Source: Protoeuglena noctilucae
Lineage: Eukaryota
Assembly (NCBI GenBank): GCA_958009085.1
Contig: OY253682.1
Location: forward strand, 744,001 to 808,000
Direction of reading: 5' to 3'
Length of the DNA stretch: 64,000 nt
In this document: one piece after another, positions 1 to 12,125 of the stretch
Numbering within the stretch: position 1 is the stretch's first letter
Layout of the letters: each line of letters opens with the position of its first letter
Notes under the pieces: generated by a model
The model's input: the letters and a program-made list of their open reading frames with translations, nothing else
Told to the model about the DNA's origin: nothing
The model's database searches: none
Made by a program: the position numbers and the translations under genes

Positions 1-3000
1 TGGGACATGGATGCAACCACCATCGAGCGCATCGCCAGGCACCCACGCTGCGGCCGCCCGGTGCGCGACGTCGTCGACGGCTTCCCCGACCTCTCCCTCG
101 ACTGCGACGTCCAGCCCATCACGCGGTCAGTGCTCCGTGTTGTGCTGCGCATCACGCCCGAGGTGAGAGAGAAAGACGAAACAAGAGTGTCGAGGCATAT
201 TCAGGCCTCGTGTCAGTCAATCTGCATTGGCGCTCATACCACTGCCAGCGCCCGCTGCTCAGTGTGTGCCCTAGCCACTTGGGTGGTCATCTGGGCGGTT
301 GTCGGCACCGCCCCTCCCCAAACTCTTGCAGTTCAAGTGGCGTGACGGCATGCACGGCGGCGCCACCCGCTGGCACATCTGGGTGGAGGACGCGGAGAAC
401 GAGCACATCTACCACCACGAGACCTGGGCGCTGACCAAGAAGATGCACCGGGAGGGCACGCAGCCGGTGTCCTTCACCATCCCCGTCTTCGAGCCCCTGC
501 CGCCCCAGTACTTCGTCCGCGTGGCCAGCGACACGTGGCTGCACGCGGAGGCGGTCCACGAGATGCGATTTGACACCCTGGTGCTCCCGGACCGGGCCCC
601 CGCCCATACGGCTCTTCTGGACCTGGACCCTCTGCCACGCACGGCCCTCAGAGATCCCTCTTTCGAGGCCCTCTACCGCTTCTCCCACTTCAACCCAATC
701 CAGACCCAGGCCTTCCACGCCCTGTACCACTCGGACGACAGCGTGCTGATGGGCGCACCCACGGGGTCGGGGAAGACGGTCATGGCCGAGCTAGCCATGC
801 TGAGGTTGTTCAAGCACCGACCGGACTTCAAGGCGAGTGTGCGGGGGACGAGAAAATTAGGGTCTGCAAGTGTTCATGTTGGGAAGGCAGAGAAGGCGGG
901 GCTGTGCAGTTACCTGTGACCGTGACCGCCCTTGCGCCACCCAGGTCATCTACATCGCCCCGCTCAAGGCCCTGGTGCGCGAGCGGATCGAGGACTGGGG
1001 CGCGGGTCTCTGCCGCCACCTGGGGAAGCGCCTGGTGGAGCTGACGGGCGACCACACCCCCGACATGCGCGCGCTGCTGTCGGCGGACGTGATCGTGTGC
1101 ACGCCCGAGAAGTGGGACGGCATCTCCCGCAGCTGGCACACGCGCGGGTACGTGCGCCGCGTGGGGCTGCTGGTGATCGACGAGATCCACCTCCTCGGCC
1201 AGGACCGTGGCCCCGTGCTGGAGGTCATCGTGTCGCGCATGCGGTACATCGCCGCGCAGACGGGCGCGGGGGTGCGGTTCGTGGGGCTGTCGACCGCCCT
1301 GGCCAACGCCGAGGACCTGGCCGCGTGGCTGGGGGTCAAGCGCGCGGGCCTGTTCAACTTCAAGCCCAGCGTGCGCCCGGTGCCGATGGAGGTGCACATC
1401 CAGGGGTACCCGGGGAAGCACTACTGCCCGCGCATGGCCACCATGAACAAGCCATGCTACGCGGCCATCCAGATGCACTCCCCCTCCAAGCCCGTGCTCG
1501 TCTTCGTGTCCTCGCGCCGGCAGACGCGGCTCACCGCCCTCGACCTCATCGCCTACGCCGCCGCGGACGGGCGGCCCCGGGCGTTCGTGCACATGGGGGA
1601 GGCGGAGCTGGAGGCAGCGCTGGCCGGGGTGCGGGATGCGTCCCTGCGTCACACGCTGGGGTTCGGCATCGGCCTGCACCACGCGGGGCTCACGGAGGCC
1701 GACCGCAAAGTCGTGGAGGGGCTCTTCGTGGAGGGGAAGATCCAGGTGAGTAGACAAGGGTGGAGGGTTGCATGAGGTTGAGAGGATGCATGTGTTGAGG
1801 CAAGGTGCAGGGTGCTACATGGAGGCACGGAGTAGTGGAGAGAGTCCTGACATGTGCAGCGCTGGTACGATGACATCGCGTGTCCTCCTCCCCTCAGGTG
1901 CTGGTGGCGACGTCGACGCTGGCGTGGGGCGTCAACACCCCCACGCACCTGGTGATCGTCAAGGGCACCGAGTTCTACGACGCCCCCACCAAGCGGTACG
2001 TCGACTTTCCCATCACGGACGTGCTGCAGATGATGGGGCGCGCCGGCCGCCCCCAGTTCGACAAGCTGGGCGTGGCGGTGGTGATGGTGCACGAGCCCAA
2101 GAAGGGCTTCTACAAGAAGTTCCTCTACGAGCCCTTCCCCGTCGAGTCCTCCCTCCTCGCCGCCCTCCCCGACCACCTCAACGCCGAGGTGGCGGCCGGG
2201 ACCGTGGCCACCGCCCAGGACGCCATCGACTACCTCACCTGGACCTACTGGTTCCGGAGGCTGGTGCGCAACCCGTCCTTCTACGGCCTCCCCAGCGCCG
2301 AGGCCGACGACGTCTCGGCCTTCCTGTCCGAGACGGTCGAGGAGGCCCTGGGGGAGCTGGAGGGCGCGGGGTGCGTGGTGGTGGGGGAGGAGGGGCAGGT
2401 GCGATCGACCACGGCCGGCCGCATCGCCTCCTTCTTTTACCTCCGCCACGAAACGATCCGCGTGCTCCGGGACGCCATGGGGCCCGACATGGGCGTGGCG
2501 GAGGTGCTGGAGGCGCTCACCTCGGTGCCGGAGTTCGACGACGTGCCCGTCAGGCACAACGAAGACAGCATCAACGCGGCGCTCAACGACCAAGTGCGGT
2601 GAGTGGTCGCATGCCGCAGAAGCAAGGATCGGGCTGGCATAGCGCATGCGACTCTCTCTGCCGGCACGCACGCCCCCCGCCCCTCTCTCGCAGCTTCCCC
2701 GTCCCCGCTCGCTTCCTGGACTCCCCCCACGCCAAGGCCAACCTGCTGCTGCAGTCGCACCTCTCCCGCCTGCCCCCTCCCATCTCCGACTATACCACGG
2801 ATGCGCGTGCCGTCATGGACAACGCAGCGCGCGTGCTGCAGGCCATGGTCGACCTCAGCGCGGACGCGGGGTGGCTCGGCACCACGCTCTCCTGCATGCT
2901 CCTGGCGCAGGCCCTGACGCAGGCGCGGTGGCCCGACGCCCACTCGGCTTGCCAGCTGCCGGGGGTGGAGGACGAAGAGGGGGCGTTCCTGGCGTCGAGG

Positions 3001-4176
3001 GGGGTGCGGGGGATGCCGGACGTGCTCGAGATGCTGCGGGGGGGAGACGGGGGCGACGGGGCCGGGGAGGAGCGGCTGCGGCAGGCGCTGGCGGAGGTCC
3101 TGGGGGCAGGGGCAGTCCACCGGGCCATCGACGCGGCCAGGCGACTGCCGGCGATCGCCGTGACTGTCGGGGAGCCCAGGACGACGCGGGGGGATGGCGG
3201 GGCGCGGGCCCATGCGGAAAGGGCGGAGATCGCAGGCATTGATGCGGGTGTGGGTGGGAACGTGAAGCAAGACGGTGATGGAGTGGTGGAGATGGAGTGG
3301 CCGGCACTGGGAGCGGAGAAGTCGGGGATTGTCGTGGAGGCAGTGAAGTTCGACGCGGAGTCGGGTCCGGCTGGCCGCGCAGAGGGGCACGCAGAGGGGC
3401 GGGGTGCGTCGGACGCAGCTGGGCTACAGGGGTGGGCGACGGGGAGCCATGAGGCTCGGCGTGGTCGAGGACAGGGCGATGACGGGGCTGCGGAGTCGGC
3501 GGCGGACGGCGATGCCCCGCTGGAGGTGGAGGTGCGGCTGGAGCGGCTGACGGGGGGCAGGCTGCGAGGGGCGCATGGGCATGGGCCGCCCAGGGTGTAC
3601 GCGCCGCTGTTCCCCAAGGCAAAGGAGGAGGGGTGGTGGGTCGTGGCCGGCGACCGCGCCACGCGGGAGCTGCTGGCGATGCGGCGCGTGTCGTGCGGGC
3701 GGGCGGGCACGGCGCGGCTGCGTGTGCCGCGGACCAACGCCGCCGGGCGGCCCCTGGAGCGCGTGTGGGTGTTTGTGGTGTCGGACTCGTACCTGGGGCT
3801 GGACCAGGAGTACGAGGTGGAGGTGCCCGTCGAGGAACGTGCTGCGGCGGGCACCGCACGTGAGGTGGGGCTGCCAGGGCGGGCAGCAGGGCGGGCCGGG
3901 GGGACGGCTGGGCGGCGGGGGCGGCGGGGGTGGGGAGAGATCGCCGGGGAGGCTGAGGCGGAAGGCCCGTGCGTGGGGTTGGGCGGGGAGGGCGAGCGTG
4001 AGGTGGGTGAAGAGGGGCAGGCGGGGGATGACGGGGAAGAGGAGTTCTGGGACGCTGAGGGGGAGGAGGGGGCCGAGGGTGGCGAGGCGGAGGAGACGGG
4101 GGAAGGCGGCGCTGAGGAGGCGGCGCTGGAGCAGCGTGCCCGGTTCGCCAGGGGACGCGGGGGCGCGCGGGGATAG
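1..4176 (+). CDS. ASCC3: ASCC3/Slh1 (DExH14)-like Ski2-family helicase, C-terminal half (5' partial; second helicase cassette and Sec63 domains)
   Basis: Inferred exons <1-162, 332-832, 945-1745, 1898-2598, 2694-4176. Motifs: [19 protein letters not shown] (Walker A), [16 protein letters not shown] (DExH), [22 protein letters not shown], Sec63 KEEGWW...[23 protein letters not shown] is ASCC3-type rather than Brr2-type. Stop TAG ends at 4176. Confidence 0.92.
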
Positions 4177-4345
4177 CAAGAGGACAATGTGTAGAGATGG
4201 TGCTATCGTATCCTTGCTCCATGGCCGCGCAGGGCCACTGCGATTGGTTGAAATGCTCGTTTGAACGCTCGCGGACACGTGCTAGACAGCGCTGTTGGGC
4301 CTTGTGCATGACATGGGCCTTGTCGGCTCGCTTGCCGCGGCCCGC

Positions 4346-7300
4346 CTACTCGGCCGCCCCCTCTGCCTCGCCCTCCCCCTCCCGCGTCGCCGCCTCCGCC
4401 TCCGCCACCGCCGCCACCGCCCGCTCGTGTGCCTCCCTCGCCGCCGCCACTGCCTCGTCCGCCACACGCTTCCGCTCCTCTGCGTCGGCCAGGACCTTCT
4501 CGGCCGCGTGCTTGGCCATCAAAGACAGGCCTGGGGGGGTAAGAAAGGCATCCAGATGTTCATAGTCAGATGGTTCATAATCAGATGTGAACAGGTCCGA
4601 GGCCGGGCTTCCCTAGCACGCCACCACCCCATAGCATCCCTCCGCACCCCTGGTTGTGACTCCTCACCAGCCTTCTTGCAGTGGTAGATCCACCGCAGGA
4701 GGAAGGACCCCACGGAGGTGCGCGGGCACTCCTTCTCAAACACCTTGACCATGTCCTCGGTGTTGAGGCCCGCCACGTTGGCCGCCACCCTCCGCACCGT
4801 CTCCGGGGGCACCGAGGCGAAGGACTCGGGGTCGTAGTTGGAGAAGGCATCCAGGATGGCCTTGCTGCGAGGGGGGAGAAGGAAGATGCTGTTGGTGACG
4901 AAGCAGGCCAAGGGGCAGTCTGCCATGGCTGGGGTGGACAGACGACAGAGCAGAGGGCAACGCGTCCATCACATCCCCACTCGTTCATGGTTCCACAAAC
5001 AATACTAAGTTCCTTCACTGAGCATCCTCCCCGTCGCACCTGAACCCCTGGAGGAAGGCGGTCCAGGACTCTGCCAGCTCCCCGCGGCCGATGATGCGGA
5101 CGGCGGCACGGAGGACCTGGAAGGTCGTGGCCGGCGACCGCGTGAGGGTGCGGAGGTCCACCATGGCCTGGGGCGCCACGCCCGCCACGGCCGACTTGAC
5201 CACCGTGAACTGGCGGCACTGCACCTCGGCCGCCGCCCCCGCCTCCTCCAGGGCCTGCCGCGCCGTCTTGATCGCCTCGAACGCCGCCTTGCGCTCGCGC
5301 CGCGCCGCGTCCACCGCCCACTCCGCCGCCGCCGCCACGGCCGCCGCCCGCTCGGCGCACCGCCCCAGCCACTCAGCCCGCTTGGCCTTGTTCCCCGCCT
5401 CCCTCTCCGCCCTGGCTTCCTCCTCCTCCCCCTCCCCCGGACCCGCGTCGTACTCCGGCTCGGGCTCCTCCTCAGGGACCTGAACAGCCACGACACGCGG
5501 GCAATGGGCAATCGGCACCCGCACAATGCGCAAGCTTCAGAGCAAGCAGTGACTGGCCACGCCGCCCCGCGCGAGTGCACCCGACAGCAGCCGGCCCGAC
5601 TCCCGTCTCGCCCAGCGCATCTCTGCACCCCTCCCCGCCCACCTCAGGCTTGTCGGGCATCTCTGTCTCCAGGTCGATGTCCAGGTCGTCCTCCACCTCC
5701 CCACCCTCGCCCTCGCCCTCCTCCTCTGCAGGGGGCGCCTCGACCTTCTTCGGCGCCTCCTTCACCACCTTGGCCTCCTTCGCCGCACTGGGTTCCTCCT
5801 TCTTCCCACCCTTGCCCTTGCCCTCGTCCTTCTTGGGCTCCGGGGCGGGGGCGGGGGACTCGTCCTCGGCGGAGGGCGGGGGCGCGCCCGCCTCGCGCGT
5901 CGCTACCTGCGAAGGGGCAGAGGCGCGAGGTCAGCCACCACCACCGTGTCGCAACGGTGCATGCGCTGGCGCATGGGGTACATCGACGGCACGAGCCCAA
6001 GCTGGGCGAACGCTGCCTTGTGCCATGTCTCCCGACACATGGACTGTGCCCAGGCTACCCCCGCACCGCCCCCCTCGCCTGCAGAGCCACGCGCAGTGGG
6101 TACGACCTCCGCTCGGCAGCAGCCGCTTCCGCCTCGGTGGCTATGGCCTCCATGGCAGCCTCCACGGCCTCGGCGACGGCGGCCACGTAGTCGCGGTCGG
6201 CGGCGGGGAGCTCGCGGCCGTTGTCCGCGGGTCGGTCGGGCATGACGGTGTCGGCGCACAGAACGGCGCGGCACTCGCGGTGGCGCCCCAGCAGCGCCCG
6301 GGCCAGGAAGGCCCCCACGCGCGGGAATCCGCGGAAGAAGGACACCGAGTTCTGCAACAGCACGTCCGGGAAGTACAGGCTCTGCAGCTTGTCGTCCAAA
6401 ACCCGGAAAAGCACTGCAGGACGCGAGAGATGCGCAGGGTTGACCCGTGCACGCCCCATGCAAATGCAGTCCATCGGCAACCAACCAAGCAGAAGCGACA
6501 CACAACGTTAGTAACCTCCGCAGCTCTCCTCCTCTGCCGCCCCTCACCGGGGACCTTGGGCGGGGGGGCGTCCTCCGGCGCGTCCTCGGCCGGCTCCGGC
6601 CGCCCCAGCTTGGGCGTCTCCTTGATCCAGTCCTGCCCCTCCGAGTGCACCACGTACTCGAAGAAGGCCTTGGAGTAGTCGTGGACCACGGGGGGCGGCG
6701 CCGCTGGGGCCTCCTCCTCCTCCTCCCCTTCCTCGTCCTCCCCGTCGCCCTCGGGCTTGCCCTCCACGGCGCCCGCCTCGCCCTCGGGCGCGGGCTCCGG
6801 CTCGTCATATGGCTTGTCGGGGTCCTCCGGCGCCTCCTCCTCGCCGTCCGCGGGCTCCTGGGGAGCCTCCTCGCCCTGTAGGGGCGACAGCGGGGGTGAT
6901 ACGCGCATGACGTGGGCAAGCGCACGCTGGGCGCGACGGCCGGGAAAGGCACGGATGCGGAAGAGCTTGAAGCCGTCGTATGTGGATGCCGTGGCCGTGA
7001 GCGGCCGGGCTGCGCGCGAGCGGGCCCACCTCGGGCACGGGAGGCTCTGCCGCGTCCTCCGCCGACACGTTGGCCACGTAGACGGCCGTGGCGGAAGTAT
7101 TCTTGATGCAAAGGTCCACTGCAGCCTGCCAGAGCGCCCATACGTCCTGGGTCGACCCTCGCAGGCCCTCCAGCTCCTCCGTGCGCACTGCGACGCGGGC
7201 CTCCTCTGCTGCGCGCGCAGCCGCCTCCTCCTTCTGCGCGTCGGGGTTTCCGAGGATCAGTGGGATGTGATTGTGACATATACGGCAGATGCGGCACCGG

Positions 7301-7747
7301 GAGGCTCGGGGAGCGACGCAAATCGGGCCCCCGAGAACATGTACTCCCTGGCAGAAGGACCAGGCACCCCGCGATCGGAAACAAAGCCTATGCCTCCTCA
7401 CGTCTTTCTCCGTTAAAAGTTTAGCATTATCCTCCTTGTCCTTCTGATACTCCTCCAGCGTCTGGATGTTGGCCACGTACCTGGGTCGACGAAGAGGCCC
7501 CGTTCAATTCCCACGGCGCCAACAGACACGAATACAACAAACATACTCACGGCATCGCGCAGACGCAATCCAGCCCATCCAGCCAGGCTGCCATGCGACT
7601 GGAAGGCCGAGCCTGGCCTCACCGGTTGAGCCAGAGGGCCAGGAACTCGACGGGGTCCGCGGGATGCTCCTGGACAGTCGCAGCGCATCCCCGGGCCAGC
7701 GCCTCCCCCACCGTGCCCTTCAGGTACTGGATCGTCGCCGACTCCAT
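4346..7747 (-). CDS. RSP2: Radial spoke protein 2-like (Dpy-30 domain, acidic flagellar protein), about 9 exons
   Basis: The first exon (ATG 7747) encodes MESATIQYLKGTVGEALARGCAATVQEHPADPVEFLALWLN, a Dpy-30 motif very like the Chlamydomonas RSP2 N-terminus. It is followed by YVANIQ..., AAVDLCIKNTSATAVYVANV and acidic E/G/P-rich segments. Stop TAG at 4346-4348. Confidence 0.8.
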
Positions 7748-8064
7748 GGCTTCGCTGTTGGGGCCGACTCGCGCGACGCAAATGGCCCGCCGCGTCGGGA
7801 GCGGGCGACAGGAAGTCAGGTGCGTGGCAGGGGGTCGTGGTTTCTAAGCGAACACGACGTGCGCTGGCCTGCCAGTCGTCCACGTGCCGCTGCCTGTGCC
7901 GGCAAAAAGCCGCGGCCTTTCTACCCAAAACTTCGCCCCTAGCAGCAGTCATCTCAGTGTGCGGCCCCGTTGCGCAGCAGTGCCTCTCGCCGGCCTCCAT
8001 TCCGCTGCCTCGCTGCCACCCCCTCCTTCGCAGCTCTCTGTGTCGTCCCTCCCGCCCTGCGCGC

Positions 8065-8649
8065 ATGAGCCGGCGTGCCGCTGCGCAAGGTCGCGCAGCG
8101 GCGTTACATAATGATGACCTTGCAGCGCTGCATCATGTGGGGGACATGGACGGCCCGAAGGTCCCGCACTGGGAGCGCGTTGCAACCCCGCTGGGCGCCA
8201 CGGGCATCACCATCCACAAATGGGTGAACACGAAGACCATATCCATCCCCTGGAGGTGCGGCGAGAGGGCAAGAAGTCCCGGTGGCGCTGCTGGGGCTCG
8301 GGAATGGGTCGGGCGCGAGACTCGACCTGTTTACGAGCTCTGCCGTGCCGGGTCTTCCGCCTGCAGGAATAGGTTCTGGCAGATCGTCCCTTTTGGTGCG
8401 CCTATACCCACGCAGGCCCAAGAATTGGGCCCTGCCCCCGCGCCACGTGAGTGCCCACCGGTGGTCATTGAGCGCGCCTCTTGCCTTGTCGGTCGAGTAC
8501 CACGCTCGGCGCGTGTGAGCGTGTTCGCAGAGGCATTGGGGGGGGACTGGGCCAGGGGGGGAGATGGTGTCGTCCCACGGCCCACGCCAAGACGCAAGGG
8601 TCCCGCGAAGCAGGAGAAGTCGGATGACAGCGACATGGACTTCGAGTGA
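8065..8649 (+). CDS. Small BCL7-like protein (putative SWI/SNF accessory subunit); internal exon structure uncertain
   Basis: MSRRAAAQGR...KVPHWERVATPLGATGITIHKWVNT resembles the BCL7 N-terminal motif ([23 protein letters not shown]). The tail is basic then acidic (RRKGPAKQEKSDDSDMDFE). Confidence 0.5.
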   Translation: MSRRAAAQGRAAALHNDDLAALHHVGDMDGPKVPHWERVATPLGATGITIHKWVNTKTISIPWRCGERARSPGGAAGAREWVGRETRPVYELCRAGSSACRNRFWQIVPFGAPIPTQAQELGPAPAPRECPPVVIERASCLVGRVPRSARVSVFAEALGGDWARGGDGVVPRPTPRRKGPAKQEKSDDSDMDFE

Positions 8650-8819
8650 ACCTCTTACGCTAGACGGATGGCTGCTGCTCCGGCTGCATCGCCCGCATTG
8701 ACCGCATTGCCTGTTCCTGCTGGCTCACCCTTCCCCTGCTGTTCCACCTGTCTAACATCGTTTTTGGACGACAACTTTGATAGGCTTCAACAATTCATCC
8801 CGTAATATCAGTTGCCATT

Positions 8820-9734
8820 TCACAACTTCCCGGCCTCCTTGTCCTTGATCTTCTGCTCCCGCATGATCTTGAGCTCCTGCTTCTCCCGCTCCACATCCGC
8901 CATCATCTGCTCCAGCTCCGACTCGGGCATCTCCTCCAGCCGCTTGCGCATCACCGCCTCCTCGTACGCCTCCAGCTGCGGCAGGGGAGGGCGCAGGAGT
9001 CTCGCACGACGCAACGCCGCCGGCGTGCGTGGCGAGTGTGGGAGGGCTCTTTCGTCCCCGGGACACGTGCCACAGGTGCGGCGCTGATTCCCGAGGATGA
9101 TTTTCCCTCCAGTAATCTCAGCTGCGGTGCTGTGGGGTCCGGCTTCGAGGAGCGCTCGGACCCCTCGCGTGAACGCGCGGACACCGCAGCAGAGGGGCGC
9201 GGGGCCCGCGCCGGTCCCTCGCCTGTCGGACGTAGGTCATGTTCTTGGTCGCCACGCGCCAAAGGTACGTGGAGATCCACCCGATGCAGATGCCCAAGAA
9301 GATGATGAGCTGCACCCAATTCCCCGCGAGCCCGGCGTCCATCCCCGTCGCCTGCAGGCCTGCATGGATACAATAGAGACGCTTCTCGGCGATCGCGCGG
9401 CGACGGGGCGGAGCCGGCCACCAGGCTGCCTGTAGCGTCCCCATCGCCACTCACCGTAGTACATCGCGTACCCCAGCACAACCAGGCCCGCCCCGAGGAC
9501 GAGAACGTCCGCCCTCGTGTACCCGAAGCCGCCTAGAAGCTGAGGCTCCTCAGGGCGCGACGAGGTGGACGGCCCGTCGTTCTCCGAAGCCCGCACCGCC
9601 ACCACCTGCCGGGCTGGCCTGCACGGCGCACCCCGCGCCGAGCGCGGGAGGGCCAGGCTCCGCACGCCTCGCCCAGCTTTCGCAGCGGGGAGGCACGGGG
9701 AAGCAACCCCGCGAACCAGCCCGGTCGCCTGCAT
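8820..9734 (-). CDS. DUF3007-family chloroplast membrane protein, 3 exons
   Basis: Transit-peptide-like N-terminus ending VVAVRAS, then GYTRADVLVLGAGL, a second TM helix WVQLIIFLGICIGWISTYLWRVATKNMTY, and LEAYEEAVMRKRLEEM, typical of cyanobacterial/plastid DUF3007. Confidence 0.8.
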
Positions 9735-9831
9735 TTTTCTCCGGTTGAGACACTGCTATGAGATACGAGATACTCAGTGTGCAGGTTATTGCAAATGATG
9801 GAGCGAGCGGCTGCAGTGAAAGAGCCTCAAA

Positions 9832-11814
9832 ATGTTAAAAACCCTTTCTTCTGGCGCCAGACCTACCCAGGCAAATGAGCTTTTTGCACGACGAGAGGCT
9901 GCATTGTCTGCAGTCGGCAAGGTGGCGTCGAGGGCGGCATGCGCGGCGCCAGGGGGCAGCTTGCAGAGCGCAGATACACACACAGATTTTTGGGTGCTTG
10001 TCATTTCGCAGCGGAAGCAGCGAGAGTGGCGCGGAGACGCTCGCCAAACTTGCTAGTCGGGGACGGAGCAGATGGCGGACCTGAGACTGGTCCAGCCTGA
10101 GCGCGGGAATGCCGGGACGTGGAGGCGAGGCGGGCGTGATGTGCATGAGCGCCTCACGAGCTGCGAGTTGCTTGAAGTCGGGTGCATCTGCGTACCCCTC
10201 GTCGCATTGACGCAGTGCAATGCGCGAGAGCGCCTGGGAAGTGCAGGAGGAGATGGCGAGCGTGGCGCTTGCCGTGGACAAGGCTGTCGGGGTCGATGCC
10301 GAGTGAGGCGTTTCGCATGGCTGCAAGCTGACCCGACGCACGCTTGTCCACAGTCGCCCCGACAGATCGTCACGACCCCACTGTGCCATGCAGGTTCCTG
10401 GCCCGTCAGGCCATGCACGCGGCAGTCATCGGCGCTGCAGGGGCGCTACCAGGTCTGCCAGGCGTCTCCCATGCAAGGTGAGGGTTGGCGTCGTTGAAAG
10501 CGGGCTCCCTTGCGTGGCAGCCTTTTGCGAATTTCCCGCCCTTGCCCACCTTGCAGCCGGGCCCTTGCGCTCGCCAAGGTCAGCATGTGCCTCTTGTGGC
10601 GGCTGTTGGCGTCGGGGCTCAGGCGACGCGAGGTCCGACGAAAGCTCCGGACCGCTCTCGCGCGGTGAGGAAGGCCGGGATCCTGCTGGCCTGGCAGCAG
10701 CCATGCGAGACCGCCACACCACCGCACCTTGCCCCTCACGCCCTGCTCCTCACGCCCTGCCCCCAGGGCCGAGTCTCTCCACGCCCTCTCCTGCGCCTTG
10801 AGTGATGCCGGCACAACATTTGACCCTCAAAAGCCGTCGCTGTCGTCATTCCCCATCGACGTGGCGCTCCTGGAGGACGCTTTTGAGTCTCTGGAGTCCT
10901 TCCCCGTAATCGAAGACTCTTACTGCGACTCAGAGGCCGAGGAGTTGTTGGCGCAGGGGCCAAACAGGGCGGCAGCTCTGGGGCCTTGGATGGGTGGGGA
11001 CCAGGCGGGCGCTGCACTGCCGTCGGGCGCGGGGCAAGGAGCTGCGTGGGGGCGTCCCCGCGAGGGTTGGGTCGATCCACAGGGCGGGCCTGGGCTGGTG
11101 GTAGTCGAGAGGCCGAGAGAGCCTGCGATGGTGGCAAAGGACGACGAGCCGGACATCCCCTCAGTGTCCTATGCGCGAGAGAGCACCCGTGCCGGGACAA
11201 GGGCGAGGGCTCGTGTGCCCGGGCCGCACCACGCAGCGGGGGTACCCCAAGACATGTCGCGAGGCAGCGCGCGGTCTGTGGGGGCTGCCGGGTGGTCGCG
11301 GAGTCGCGTCGGTGCGGTTCCGTCGATCTATGATGCGGAGATGGTGGAGGAGCTGGTGGCAGGGGCCGCGGACCTGTGGGGCCTGCGTTCCCGGCAAGGT
11401 GCCGGGCAGCGTCGGGATGCCCGTGTGGGGGAGGCGGCAGGGAGCACGAGTGGTGTGGAGACGCCCAAGGCGGAGTCCAGGTGTGAATGAGAGGGCTTGT
11501 TATTTGTTATAAGTCCTGGTAGTGCTGATAGGGCTGTGCCAGGCTGGCACCTCTGTACACCTGACAGCCTTGCTCCACCCTCGCGCAGCCGGCAGCCCTG
11601 GCCGAGCATCTATGACGACCTCCCCACGCCAGTCACCTCTCCGGTCAAGCCAGCCGCCTCGTCCCACGCCCAGCACAGCACCACCCCGCCCTCATCCACA
11701 CGAAGCCTTCTCGCTTCCCACGACACGCCGAGACAGCGCATGGCGTACGCAAGCAGGCTCGCAGCAGCGGGTCGCGTGTATGTCATGGACCCTCTCCTGC
11801 GGGGCGAGTTTTGA
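9832..11814 (+). CDS. Hypothetical multi-exon protein (boundaries uncertain)
   Basis: Coding-like segments bounded by splice signals (AMRESAWEVQEEMASVALAVDKAVGVDAE near 10220-10302; ORFs 10729-11490 and 11497-11814). No recognisable domain. Confidence 0.3.
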
Positions 11815-12125
11815 CGCCCAGGGTCGGAGGGGGGTCTTGACGCGTGGGGTCGTCGCTAGTGCCTCGTAGCTGTGATGCTGACATGACGGCATGCCAAGCA
11901 GCAAACGATTCCACAATGAGCCCCGTCGCGGACCGCTTCCCGCATGCCCATGACGCGCGGCTGCCTGGCCTGGTTGAATCGCCTGCGGTCTGCCAAGGAC
12001 GCTGGCTAGGCTAAAGGGCCTGGAAATGACTAGAAGAGCCAGCGACACCATTAGACCTCTGCCCTGTTCGCTACTGCAGTGCGGCGCCCCACGCGCCCCT
12101 CGTCACGTCCACCCCGTGTCCTGGG

